A stretch of 32,000 nt of DNA from Cupriavidus necator (GTDB lineage: Bacteria; Pseudomonadota; Gammaproteobacteria; Burkholderiales; Burkholderiaceae): the NCBI RefSeq assembly GCF_016127575.1, contig NZ_CP066020.1, positions 1 through 32,000 of the forward strand, read 5' to 3'. Shown piece by piece: positions 8,682 through 16,577 of the stretch. Below the pieces are notes generated by a model that saw only the letters and a program-made list of their open reading frames with translations, had not been told where the DNA came from and did not search any database. How positions within the stretch are numbered: the stretch's first letter is position 1; each line of letters starts with the position of its first letter. Position numbers and translations under genes: made by a program.

Positions 8682-9580
8682 CCGCAACATCAAACGCCGC
8701 AGAGCAAAATCTGCCACAGATTGGCACACCGCAGTGGCTTGAGGCCGAGATACGGCAGTACCTTTGCAGCGGCAGCTACGACAGCAGCTTCGCAGGCTGG
8801 CCAGGCATGAACTTTGTCGACGTTGCACAAAAGGCGAGGCAGCGCCTGCTAACCGCGCTCGCGGAAGAGACCCTTGGGCGGGCAAACGGCTTTGGCTACC
8901 AGGTAACCTTGCCAAGCGATCTACATGCGTGGACGCGCAACAAGCTCGCACCAATGGTGCACGGCCTGTTTGGTGCTGATGAGTGCCCCGCTATCCTGGG
9001 TATGCTCGCCCGCAACGTCGTATTCCTCACGGGGCAGAACATTGTCGCGGTCCTCATGGAGCAGCGATGGCTGTCGACAGCCTGGAACCTGGCGAACCTC
9101 TATCTGTATAGCGTGGGTGCACCCGCTCTCTCGCAGCAGGCCTGCCACATCGAGGGCCTGAGCCAGGAAACCACCTGCTATGTCTCGATGTCCTACTTCG
9201 ACGAAACCGACCCGTTCGCAGATTTCGTCGTCCACGAGGCAGCCCATGTCTTCCACAATTGCAAACGAACCACCATTGGGCTGGGCGAGAGCCGTCGCCA
9301 GGAGTACCTGCTTAGCATCGACTACTTCAGGCGCGAGACGTTTGCTTACGCGTGCGAAGCCTATAGCCGCATCAGTTCGATGGCTGCAAGCACCAGGCTG
9401 CGGCAGCAATTACTCGAGCGGCACGGCGAAGCCTTGCCGCCCCCGGACGACCGGGTCGATCACGGCGAATATCTCGACATCCTTGCCGAGGCCGTACGGG
9501 CTCGCAATGGCTGGCAACGCATCCTCAAACGGTGTGCCCCGATTCAGAGGCGCCAACCTCACGTCACGAATACACCATGA
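8678..9580 (+). CDS. Hypothetical 300-aa protein with an HExxH motif (FVVHEAAHVFHN); possible metallopeptidase-like fold
   Basis: The long ORF has high third-position GC. Its ATG overlaps the tnpA stop (ATGA at 8678-8681). I recognise no family. Confidence 0.6.
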   Translation: MTATSNAAEQNLPQIGTPQWLEAEIRQYLCSGSYDSSFAGWPGMNFVDVAQKARQRLLTALAEETLGRANGFGYQVTLPSDLHAWTRNKLAPMVHGLFGADECPAILGMLARNVVFLTGQNIVAVLMEQRWLSTAWNLANLYLYSVGAPALSQQACHIEGLSQETTCYVSMSYFDETDPFADFVVHEAAHVFHNCKRTTIGLGESRRQEYLLSIDYFRRETFAYACEAYSRISSMAASTRLRQQLLERHGEALPPPDDRVDHGEYLDILAEAVRARNGWQRILKRCAPIQRRQPHVTNTP

Positions 9581-9765
9581 GAAGGGATGGGTGCGAGGAA
9601 GAGTGTCGTCAGGCACTCAAGGCATTCCTGCACGCACAGAGCCCCCACGTGCTGGCGGATCGGCTACCGCAGTCAGCTGACCGCGGCAGCGCGATCAACA
9701 CGGCGTTGCAGCAGTGGCGCAAGATCAGCGCGCTGCAGGTAGCCGATCCGTTCGGCGCACCCTAA
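9577..9765 (+). CDS. Hypothetical 62-aa protein (MRRDGCEEECRQALKAFLHAQ...)
   Basis: The internal ATG of track ORF 9532-9765 overlaps the stop of the preceding ORF as ATGA (9577-9580). Codon third positions are mostly G/C. There is no recognisable motif. Confidence 0.3.
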   Translation: MRRDGCEEECRQALKAFLHAQSPHVLADRLPQSADRGSAINTALQQWRKISALQVADPFGAP

Positions 9766-10059
9766 GCATGGTCCTCCTCCGTGTGCCAGCTTCGCAAGGG
9801 CGGAGACGGTGGGCAAGCGTGCCAATCTGCAAAGAAAGGACGGTGCAGCGCGAAACGGAGGATTACTAAGTCATTGTTCCAGAACGTATTTTTAAGCCTG
9901 ACCGTATCAATCTGCTGCAAAAGGACGAATTGAAATGAACGCGTCCCACCCGTGGGCGGTGGGGTCAAGGGATCTTGAGGTCGATCCTCACGGGCCAACG
10001 ACATCGAAGTGTCCAAGTGGGAAGATGTACACATTTCCCGGCAACCGGAGGATCGTGAA

Positions 10060-11079
10060 ATGAATTCTATGGCCGTGGGTGTGGATATCGCGAAGACGGT
10101 GTTTCAGGTGCACTACATCGACCAGGCAACGGGCGAGATCGTGAACAAGCAGATCAAGCGAGCCAAGTTCCTCGAGCACTTTGCGAACCGTGCTCCCTGC
10201 CTAATCGGAATGGAGGCGTGCGGCGGTGCACACCATTGGGCGAGGCAGCTGACGAAGATGGGTCACCAGGTGAGGCTGATGCCAGCAGAGTTCGTGAAGG
10301 CGTTCAACATCCGCAATAAGAATGATGCAGCGGATGCCCGGGCGATCTGGCTGGCGGTCCAGCAGCCCAGCAAGGCGGTTGCGGTGAAGACCGAGATGCA
10401 GCAGGCAATGCTGGCCCTGCACCGTATGCGTGAGCAACTGGTGAAGTTCCGCACCATGCAGATCAACGCATTGCGCGGTCTGCTAACGGAGTACGGCGAA
10501 GTGATGGGCAAAGGCCGGACAGCCTTGGATAAGGCGATACCGGAAGTGCTCGCCCGGGTTGCCGAGCGCTTGCCGGCGGCGCTGGTCGAGACATTGCGCG
10601 AGCAGTGGAGTGGCCTCACGAAGCTGGACGAACAGATAGCCGGCATTGAGCGGCGAATGCGCGACTGGGTCAAAGAGGACAAGGCTGTGAAGGCGATCAG
10701 CGAGATCCCTGGCGTGGGACTGCTGACGGCGACAGCAACGGTCGCGATGATGGGCGATGCGAAAACATTCCGGTCAGGGCGGGAGTTTGCCGCGTGGGCA
10801 GGCCTGGTGCCGAAGCAAACCGGATCGGGCGGAAAGGTGAATCTGCACGGGATCAGCAAAAGAGGCGATACGTATCTGCGTACGCTCTTGATCCACGGTG
10901 CGCGCAGCGTCGTGACGCGTGCTAAGGATCCCGGTCCCTGGGTGGAGCAAATGACAAAGCGGCGGCCTTTGAATGTCGTGGTCGTTGCGCTGGCCAACAA
11001 GATGGCGCGCATGATATGGGCGATTCTGGCCCATGACCGGCCGTACCAGAAGGATTACATCAGCGTGAAGCCGGCTTGA
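10060..11079 (+). CDS. IS110-family DEDD transposase/recombinase
   Basis: MNSMAVGVDIAKTVFQVHYID...CLIGMEACGGAHHWARQL...NKNDAADARAI...IPGVGLLTATATVAMMGD...FAAWAGLVPKQTGSGGK...ISKRGDTYLRTLLIHGA are canonical IS110-family blocks. A GGAGGA Shine-Dalgarno lies 7 nt before the ATG at 10060. Confidence 0.9.
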   Translation: MNSMAVGVDIAKTVFQVHYIDQATGEIVNKQIKRAKFLEHFANRAPCLIGMEACGGAHHWARQLTKMGHQVRLMPAEFVKAFNIRNKNDAADARAIWLAVQQPSKAVAVKTEMQQAMLALHRMREQLVKFRTMQINALRGLLTEYGEVMGKGRTALDKAIPEVLARVAERLPAALVETLREQWSGLTKLDEQIAGIERRMRDWVKEDKAVKAISEIPGVGLLTATATVAMMGDAKTFRSGREFAAWAGLVPKQTGSGGKVNLHGISKRGDTYLRTLLIHGARSVVTRAKDPGPWVEQMTKRRPLNVVVVALANKMARMIWAILAHDRPYQKDYISVKPA

Positions 11080-11185
11080 GCGGTAAGCGCCACGTTGGAG
11101 ATTAGCGTTCTTACAGGGTGAAACGTCGAAGGTTGCGTTGGTAATCGAGTGTGATGACAAGTCAGGTAGGACCGGGACCTGCTAA

Positions 11186-11305
11186 GCCTGTGGGGTAATA
11201 CGAGCCTTGAGCTCGCAGTACGAATGAGGCGCGGGTCAGCGTATTTCATAGGGGCCAGCAGCGGCGATACCGGCTGCAAGAGGGCCGAATATAGAGCTGC
11301 AGCCC
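11186..11305 (+). ncRNA. Candidate bridge/seek RNA of the IS1111-like element (two tandem stem / internal-loop / hairpin modules)
   Basis: Module 1: stem GCCT (11186-89) / AGGC (11227-30), inner hairpin CGAGC-cttga-GCTCG, loop strands gtGGGGTAATa and cagtACGAATg. Module 2: stem CAGC/GCTG with GGG/CCC (11233-40 / 11296-11305), inner stems GGCC/GGCC and GCAGC/GCTGC, loop strands gtATTTCAtagg and gaATATAGA. The loop strands match the insertion flanks and the IS ends (see finding). Folded by eye only. Confidence 0.4.
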
Positions 11306-11371
11306 ATCCTGTCAGTGTCTGAACAAGCGAAAACCTGGCGCAAACGGGACGCGTTCATATAGATTACCCCT

Positions 11372-11664
11372 ACCTGGACAACAACCGGCATGGCATCGTG
11401 AACTACGGTGACCGCTATCGGCATGGGGAGCCCATTGCATCAGGGTTCGTCGAGTCAGCCGTCAACCAGGTGGTGAGCAAGCGGTTCGTCAAACGGCAGC
11501 AGATGGCCTGGCGGCCTCGGCACGCGCACAACCTGCTGCAAATCCGGACGGCCGTGCTCAATGACCAGCTCCGCTCTTACGTTGAACGATGGTATCCCTC
11601 CATCGCCGGAGAAGAAAACCATCGCCTTGCCGCTTAGTCAGCCCCCGGTTTGGCGCGGTTTCCT
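11372..11664 (+). pseudogene. 3'-terminal fragment of an ISKra4-like transposase gene plus IS right end (copy 2)
   Basis: ...LDNNRHGIVNYGDRYRHGEPIASGFVESAVNQVVSKRFVKRQQMAWRPRHAHNLLQIRTAVLNDQLRSYVERWYPSIAGEENHRLAA* By eye it is roughly 90+ % identical to 7212-7492, with about 20 substitutions and a 12-bp indel. The similarity ends after GCGCGGT(C/T)TCCT in both copies. Confidence 0.55.
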
Positions 11665-11885
11665 TTAACGACACGGGGGCAAGTACGCCCCGTTATTTTT
11701 GGACGATGGCCAACTGCAGTTTGGCGCGCTTGCGCAGTAGATGGGCAGGCAGATTGCTCGGCGCCCGGCTGCCCAAGACTAGCTAAACCCCTATCAGGCG
11801 CAAGGCAAGCACGAAGCATCAGTGGATGCAAACTGAGATTCGAGCACACCCTTCGCCATCTCCAGAGGTTGCTTCTGTACTGCGG

Positions 11886-13265
11886 TCAGTGCAGCTTCAC
11901 GTGTGGCTCGGTACGGCGCGTGATCAAACGTGCCAGCGTGTCCAACGCCACTTTCGGAAAGCCATGCAGTGCGAGTTCATGCATCTTGTAGAGCGACAGA
12001 TACATCAGCCGTGCGAAGCTGCCTTCTATCATCAGATTGCCACCGCTCAGACCGCCCATCATATTGCCCACTGTACTGTATTCGCCGAGAGAAACCAGCG
12101 AACCGAAGTCGCGGTAACGGTACTGGCGCAACGGCTTGCCGCGCAGACGCCGCAGGACCTGGCCAACGATATGCGAAGCCTGCTGATGAGCGGCCTGCGC
12201 ACGCGGCGGAACAATGCTGTTCTTTTCGGGCCACGGACAGGCGGCACAATCGCCCAGTGCGAAGATGTTGTCGTCGAGCGTGGTCTGTAACGTCTGACGG
12301 ACCACCAGTTGGTTGATGCGATTGGTCTCGAGGCCGGCCAGCTCCTTCAAGTGTTCTGGCGCTTTGACGCCGGCGGCCCATACCACCAATTCGGCGGCGA
12401 TGATGCGACCATCAGCCAACTGCACGCCCTGCGGCAGTACCTCCGCAACCCTCGACGAAGTATGCAGCTCGACGCCGAGCTTTCTCAGCAGCACTTCGGT
12501 CGCTGCCGACAGGCGTGCCGGCAGGGCTGGCAATACCCGGTCGGCGGCCTCGATTAGATTAAGCCGGATATCCTTCTCCGGATCGATGCGGTCGAGTCCA
12601 TATGCGACCAGAGCGCGGGTGGTGCGGTGCAGTTCGGCGGCCAGTTCTACGTCAGTGGCGCCGGCGCCGATGATGGCGACCTGCAGCTGGTGAGGCTCCA
12701 GCGGAGCGGGCTGGGCATGCGCTCGGATACATGCGTTGACTAGCCGCTGGTTGAAGCGTCTCGCGTCGGCCGGGGATTCGAGCTTGAGCGCGTTCTCACT
12801 GACCCCCGGCGTGCCGAAGTCATTGCTCTGGCTGCCGACCGCAATCACCAGCGTGTCATAACGGAAGCGTCGTTGGGGGGTCACCTGATGGCCTTCGTCA
12901 TCGATGAAGGCGGCGACTTCCACTTCCTGTCGCTCCCGGTCGAGGCCGATCATCTCGCCGACACGGTAAGTGAAATGGTGCCAGTGCGACTGGGCCAAGA
13001 ATTCGACCTCGTGCACGTTCATGTCCATGCTGCCGGCAGCGATCTCGTGGAGCTTGGGCTTCCAGATATGCGAACGCGTCTTGTCGATCAGCGTGACCGC
13101 GGCAAGGCCGCGCTTGCCGAGCTTGTTGCCGAGCGCAGTCGCCAGTTCCAAGCCGCCTGCACCGCCGCCGACGATAACGATCTGATGTTGCGAATCCGCA
13201 GGAACGGAGTCGCGTCGTCCGCGGAACTGGTGCAGCAACTCGTGGGGGGAGGAAATGACTTTCAT
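11886..13265 (-). CDS. ndh: Type II NADH dehydrogenase (NDH-2, FAD-dependent pyridine nucleotide-disulfide oxidoreductase)
   Basis: The likely start is MKVISSPHELL (ATG at 13265). Two Rossmann motifs are present, IVIVGGGAGGLELA and VAIIGAGATDVELAAEL, along with HIWKPKLHEIAAG and a C-terminal membrane-anchoring region, all typical of Ndh. The 63-codon upstream extension in the track ORF is probably spurious. Confidence 0.85.
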   Translation of the reverse strand: MKVISSPHELLHQFRGRRDSVPADSQHQIVIVGGGAGGLELATALGNKLGKRGLAAVTLIDKTRSHIWKPKLHEIAAGSMDMNVHEVEFLAQSHWHHFTYRVGEMIGLDRERQEVEVAAFIDDEGHQVTPQRRFRYDTLVIAVGSQSNDFGTPGVSENALKLESPADARRFNQRLVNACIRAHAQPAPLEPHQLQVAIIGAGATDVELAAELHRTTRALVAYGLDRIDPEKDIRLNLIEAADRVLPALPARLSAATEVLLRKLGVELHTSSRVAEVLPQGVQLADGRIIAAELVVWAAGVKAPEHLKELAGLETNRINQLVVRQTLQTTLDDNIFALGDCAACPWPEKNSIVPPRAQAAHQQASHIVGQVLRRLRGKPLRQYRYRDFGSLVSLGEYSTVGNMMGGLSGGNLMIEGSFARLMYLSLYKMHELALHGFPKVALDTLARLITRRTEPHVKLH

Positions 13266-13408
13266 GTGCTCTGTAAGCAGTGAATGCGTATTGGAATCAA
13301 CGAAGCTATGAGCTCGGCGTGGTGTCGAGATCCGGTTGAATTTCAGGGCCAACGATCCCGAGTACGTCCTGTGCGAAATCCTGCGGCTGGCGCTAATAAT
13401 CCCGGCAT

Positions 13409-13639
13409 CTAGTGCGGCTGCTGGGCGCTGGCTTCGGGCGGGAACACGCACCACGATCCGTCATCGTGCTGAAAGAAGAAAATGGCAAGCGGGCCTGTCG
13501 GCCTCCATGTCTCGACGCACACATAGCGCCTTTGATGTAAGCGCGTGCGACTGAAACGGGTAATGCGAACCGGCGTGGCGGGATTCGGTGCAAACCATTT
13601 GTCCACGAGGGAACGTAAGGACTTTTCAGCGAGGTTCAT
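13409..13639 (-). CDS. Hypothetical small protein (76 aa)
   Basis: A strong Shine-Dalgarno AAGGAGAA lies 5 nt upstream of the ATG (minus strand, 13639). The product is MNLAEKSLRSLVDKWFAPNPATPVRITRF...FFFQHDDGSWCVFPP. I have no family assignment. Confidence 0.5.
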   Translation of the reverse strand: MNLAEKSLRSLVDKWFAPNPATPVRITRFSRTRLHQRRYVCVETWRPTGPLAIFFFQHDDGSWCVFPPEASAQQPH

Positions 13640-13898
13640 CTACTTCTCCTTCAGCCACATTTTCCGTTGATGGCCACCGTTCCGCCGCAAAGCGGCAGGG
13701 CGCTGTCGTGTCCAGCACTGCGTTGAGATCCTCATGGACGCGACGACAGGCGTCCGTCTGCACTGCGTCGAAGTAGTGGTTCGAGTGCAGTTGGCGCTCC
13801 AGATTTATCGACACGAAAGCCGCATGTGCAGAAACACCGGTTAGGCATTCCGACCGGCGCCCAGATTGCACTTTGCAGCTCGCACAGCGGGTAAGCAT
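13626..13898 (-). CDS. Hypothetical ORF (90 aa) overlapping the start of the 76-aa ORF by 14 nt
   Basis: This is an open frame only, with no clear Shine-Dalgarno. An AT-rich stretch lies upstream. Its 3' end contains the Shine-Dalgarno of the downstream ORF. Confidence 0.25.
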   Translation of the reverse strand: MLTRCASCKVQSGRRSECLTGVSAHAAFVSINLERQLHSNHYFDAVQTDACRRVHEDLNAVLDTTAPCRFAAERWPSTENVAEGEVDEPR

Positions 13899-13982
13899 CT
13901 ACACTTAATAACTTATCCTTTTAGGATCTCTGTAAGACTTTTTGAGCGAATTTCGGCGCTTGTGGCCTGTAATAATTGCTAT

Positions 13983-15086
13983 TACTAACCTTACTGAAAG
14001 TAATGTCACATAGCGGCATACTTGCATTCGGGCTGGCAAAAGAACGATTTGACCAGGCTCGGCAATTTCTGGATGCGACGCAAAGCGCCGAGCGCCAGTT
14101 TCTTCATGTCGTTCTTGTCCTGCACCAGTCGCTTCGATACCTGTCGTTTCACGTGCGCCCAGACCTGCTCATCTGGATTCAGGTGCGGCGAGTACGGCGG
14201 TAAGTAGAACAGCTTGAGCTGCCCCTTCAGGCTCGCGATATACGCCTTGACCAGCTTGGCCTTGTGGATCGGATGCCCGTCCACGACCACGAAGACCGGC
14301 TTATCGGCACCAACCATCAGCCGCTGGAGGAACTCGCAAAATACCGTGCCAGTTACCGCACCGTCATGCAGCATGAAGCGGAATTCGCCTTGCGGGCTTA
14401 CAGCCGAGATCATGTTCAGCGAAAAACGCCGCCCGGTCGCCTCGACCACCGGGGTCTGGCCGCGCGGCGCCCAGGTCGTCCCGGTGTGGTAATCGGAGCG
14501 GATTCCCGATTCGTCGGCGAAGTAGATCCTGGCTCCCACTTCGCGCGCTTCGGCGCGGATCGCAGGATAGATCTCCGCCTCCCAGCGGCGCACCAGCATG
14601 GCATCCTGCTGCCACGCCTGATACAGCGGCTTCTGCGCACTGAAACCCAGCAACTTCATGACCCGGCTCACCGCCGAGAGCGACAGCTCCTTGCCAAACT
14701 GCCGATGGATCAGTGCACGGATCAGCGACAGTGTCCACAGCCCAAACTCGAACTTGTATTGCTGCGGTGTGTTGTCTCGCACCGCTTGGGCAAGCCAGCG
14801 CATCTCGTCGCCGCTGACTTTGGACGGACGCCCCGGGATCGGTTTGGCGAGCAGCGCACGCTGGCCACCGCTAGCATAATCGGCAAGCCACCTGAAGACG
14901 CTTCGCACATTCACGCCCAGCGCCGCCGCCACGCTTTGCGCCGTTTGACCCTCACGAACTGCTTTGATCGCCTGTTGGCGCATCACCTGAAGGGCATGAT
15001 GATCGATCGCTCGACCGTCCGAGTTCCGTTTGCATTTCATTCCCGTATTGTCTCATGACATGACAATACTTTCGAGAAGGTTAGTA
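13983..15086 (-). mobile_element. IS630-family insertion sequence with flanking TA
   Basis: Imperfect ~26-bp terminal IRs: TA-CTAACCTTACTGAAAGTAATGTCA (left, from 13983) versus the reverse complement of TGACAATACTTTCGAGAAGGTTAG-TA (right, to 15086). TA is present at both junctions, as expected for IS630/Tc1-type target duplication. The 1.1-kb size is typical. Confidence 0.85.
14006..15040 (-). CDS. IS630-family DDE transposase
   Basis: 344 aa with an N-terminal HTH (SVAAALGVNVRSVFRWL). The DDE region is IYFADESGI..., VVDGHPIHKA..., YLPPYSPHLNPDEQVW. Confidence 0.9.
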   Translation of the reverse strand: MKCKRNSDGRAIDHHALQVMRQQAIKAVREGQTAQSVAAALGVNVRSVFRWLADYASGGQRALLAKPIPGRPSKVSGDEMRWLAQAVRDNTPQQYKFEFGLWTLSLIRALIHRQFGKELSLSAVSRVMKLLGFSAQKPLYQAWQQDAMLVRRWEAEIYPAIRAEAREVGARIYFADESGIRSDYHTGTTWAPRGQTPVVEATGRRFSLNMISAVSPQGEFRFMLHDGAVTGTVFCEFLQRLMVGADKPVFVVVDGHPIHKAKLVKAYIASLKGQLKLFYLPPYSPHLNPDEQVWAHVKRQVSKRLVQDKNDMKKLALGALRRIQKLPSLVKSFFCQPECKYAAM

Positions 15087-15498
15087 AGACAGATTCTGAA
15101 AAGCCCGACGACCGCGAGAGCCGGCTACCAGAATGCCGCTAGAAGCCACGTTTGGCGCGAGAGAATCGCCTGTCCGCATACGCCTAGCAGCGGGCGGTTC
15201 CCGATTGTGCAGCGCCAGCCGGGCGCCATGCCTCCCTGCACTTGGAGCAGCCATAGCACCCGAGCCGATCCCATGTACCACGCCACCGCCCCTTGCCTCC
15301 TCGCTATGCGGCACCGCCGAAATGCTGCAAGCCAAGCTGTCCATGCTACTCCGCCAGTGCGTTGCACGGCCGGGCACGCTACCGGTGACAGATGCCGACA
15401 AGGCACCTGCCATGAGCGCACCCCAGCTGCGGACCACACTCTCGGTGATTCCAGCATGAGCAAGGGGCCGGATGGCATGTTCGCTGACTACGTCTCGC

Positions 15499-16536
15499 TT
15501 ACCGGTACCACTGCGCTAACTGCTCCATCGCAATCGGTTTGATCTTCGAGGCCTGTCCGGCGCAGCCGAAGGCCTCGAAGCGCAGCTTCACCACGCTCCT
15601 CGCCCCTTTCTTGGCCGCCAGCAGCGCCTTGCGCGGGTCGAACTCGCTGCGATCCTCCGCCAGTGACTTGCGGATAGCCCCGGTCATGGCGAGGCGGATA
15701 TCGGTGTCGATATTCACCTTGCGCACCCCGGTCTTGATGCCGCGCAGGATCTCCTCGACCGGCACGCCGTAGGTCTCCTTGATGTCGCCGCCGTACTGCC
15801 GGATGATTTCCAGCCACTCCTGCGGCACCGAGCTGGAGCCGTGCATGACCAGGTGCGTGTCGGGAATCTGCTCGTGGATTTCGCGGATGCGGTCGATCGC
15901 CAGGATGTCGCCGGTGGGCTTGCGCGAGAACTTGTAGGCGCCGTGGCTGGTGCCGATGGCAATCGCCAGCGCGTCTACCCCGGTGCGGGCGACGAAGTCG
16001 CGCGCCTGTGCCGGGTCGGTCAGCATCATGTCGTGCGACAGCGTGCCCGCCGCGCCCACGCCGTCCTCTTCGCCGGCCTGGCCGGTTTCGAGCGAGCCCA
16101 GGCAGCCCAGTTCACCCTCCACCGAGACGCCGACTGCATGCGCCATCTCGCACACGCGCCGCGTGACGTCGACGTTGTAGTCGTAGTCGGACGGTGTCTT
16201 CATGTCTTCACGCAGCGAACCGTCCATCATCACGCTGGTAAAGCCGGAGCGGATCGAGGCCTGGCACACGGCCGGGCTGGAGCCGTGGTCCTGGTGCAAC
16301 ACGATGGGGATGTCCGGATGGGTCTCGGCCGCGGCCAGCACCATATGGCGCAGGTAGGCCTCGCCGGCATACTTGCGGGCACCGGCGGAGGCCTGGAGGA
16401 TGACCGGGCTGTCGGTTTCCTCGGCCGCTTCCATGATGGCGTGAATCTGTTCCAGGTTGTTGACGTTGAAAGCCGGCACGCCGTAGCCGAACTCTCCCGC
16501 GTGGTCCAGCAACTGGCGCAAGGATATGAGTGCCAT
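15499..16536 (-). CDS. cbbA: Class II fructose/sedoheptulose-bisphosphate aldolase
   Basis: 345 aa, [30 protein letters not shown]...; last gene of the cbb operon. Confidence 0.95.
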   Translation of the reverse strand: MALISLRQLLDHAGEFGYGVPAFNVNNLEQIHAIMEAAEETDSPVILQASAGARKYAGEAYLRHMVLAAAETHPDIPIVLHQDHGSSPAVCQASIRSGFTSVMMDGSLREDMKTPSDYDYNVDVTRRVCEMAHAVGVSVEGELGCLGSLETGQAGEEDGVGAAGTLSHDMMLTDPAQARDFVARTGVDALAIAIGTSHGAYKFSRKPTGDILAIDRIREIHEQIPDTHLVMHGSSSVPQEWLEIIRQYGGDIKETYGVPVEEILRGIKTGVRKVNIDTDIRLAMTGAIRKSLAEDRSEFDPRKALLAAKKGARSVVKLRFEAFGCAGQASKIKPIAMEQLAQWYR

Positions 16537-16577
16537 GATGAAGCTCCTTTAGTCGATGTGGATTCGGTGAATTGGGT

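Larger units (their letters stand above)
9931..11362 (+). mobile_element. IS110-family insertion sequence of the IS1111 type (subterminal IRs, long 3' non-coding tail)
   Basis: A 13-bp inverted repeat ATGAACGCGTCCC (9935-9947) / GGGACGCGTTCAT (11346-11358) lies 4 bp inside the proposed ends. The dinucleotide AT is present on both sides (9929-9930, 11363-11364). There are 129 nt upstream and 283 nt downstream of the recombinase gene. The ends are inferred and accurate to within a few bp. Confidence 0.75.

Noticed and set aside
9961-9998. GGGGTCAAGGGATCTTGAGGTCGATCCTCACGGGCC as a Tn3-family 38-bp terminal IR. Also considered: GGGGTAAT (reverse complement of 11363-11370) as the Tn3-remnant outer end, hit by the IS in the manner of IS4321/IS5075 targeting Tn21 IRs.
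   Set aside because: The first lies inside the IS1111-like element, points the wrong way for the tnpA remnant and lacks the internal TAAG block. The second has only the GGGG tip, no recognisable inner IR motif and no partner IR in the window. The alternative that this DNA belongs to ISKra4-like copy 2 is at least as good.
15030-15542. Several 108-170-aa ORFs on both strands between IS630 and cbbA.
   Set aside because: They overlap one another, cross the IS630 terminal repeat or the cbbA 3' end, and have no motifs or ribosome-binding sites.
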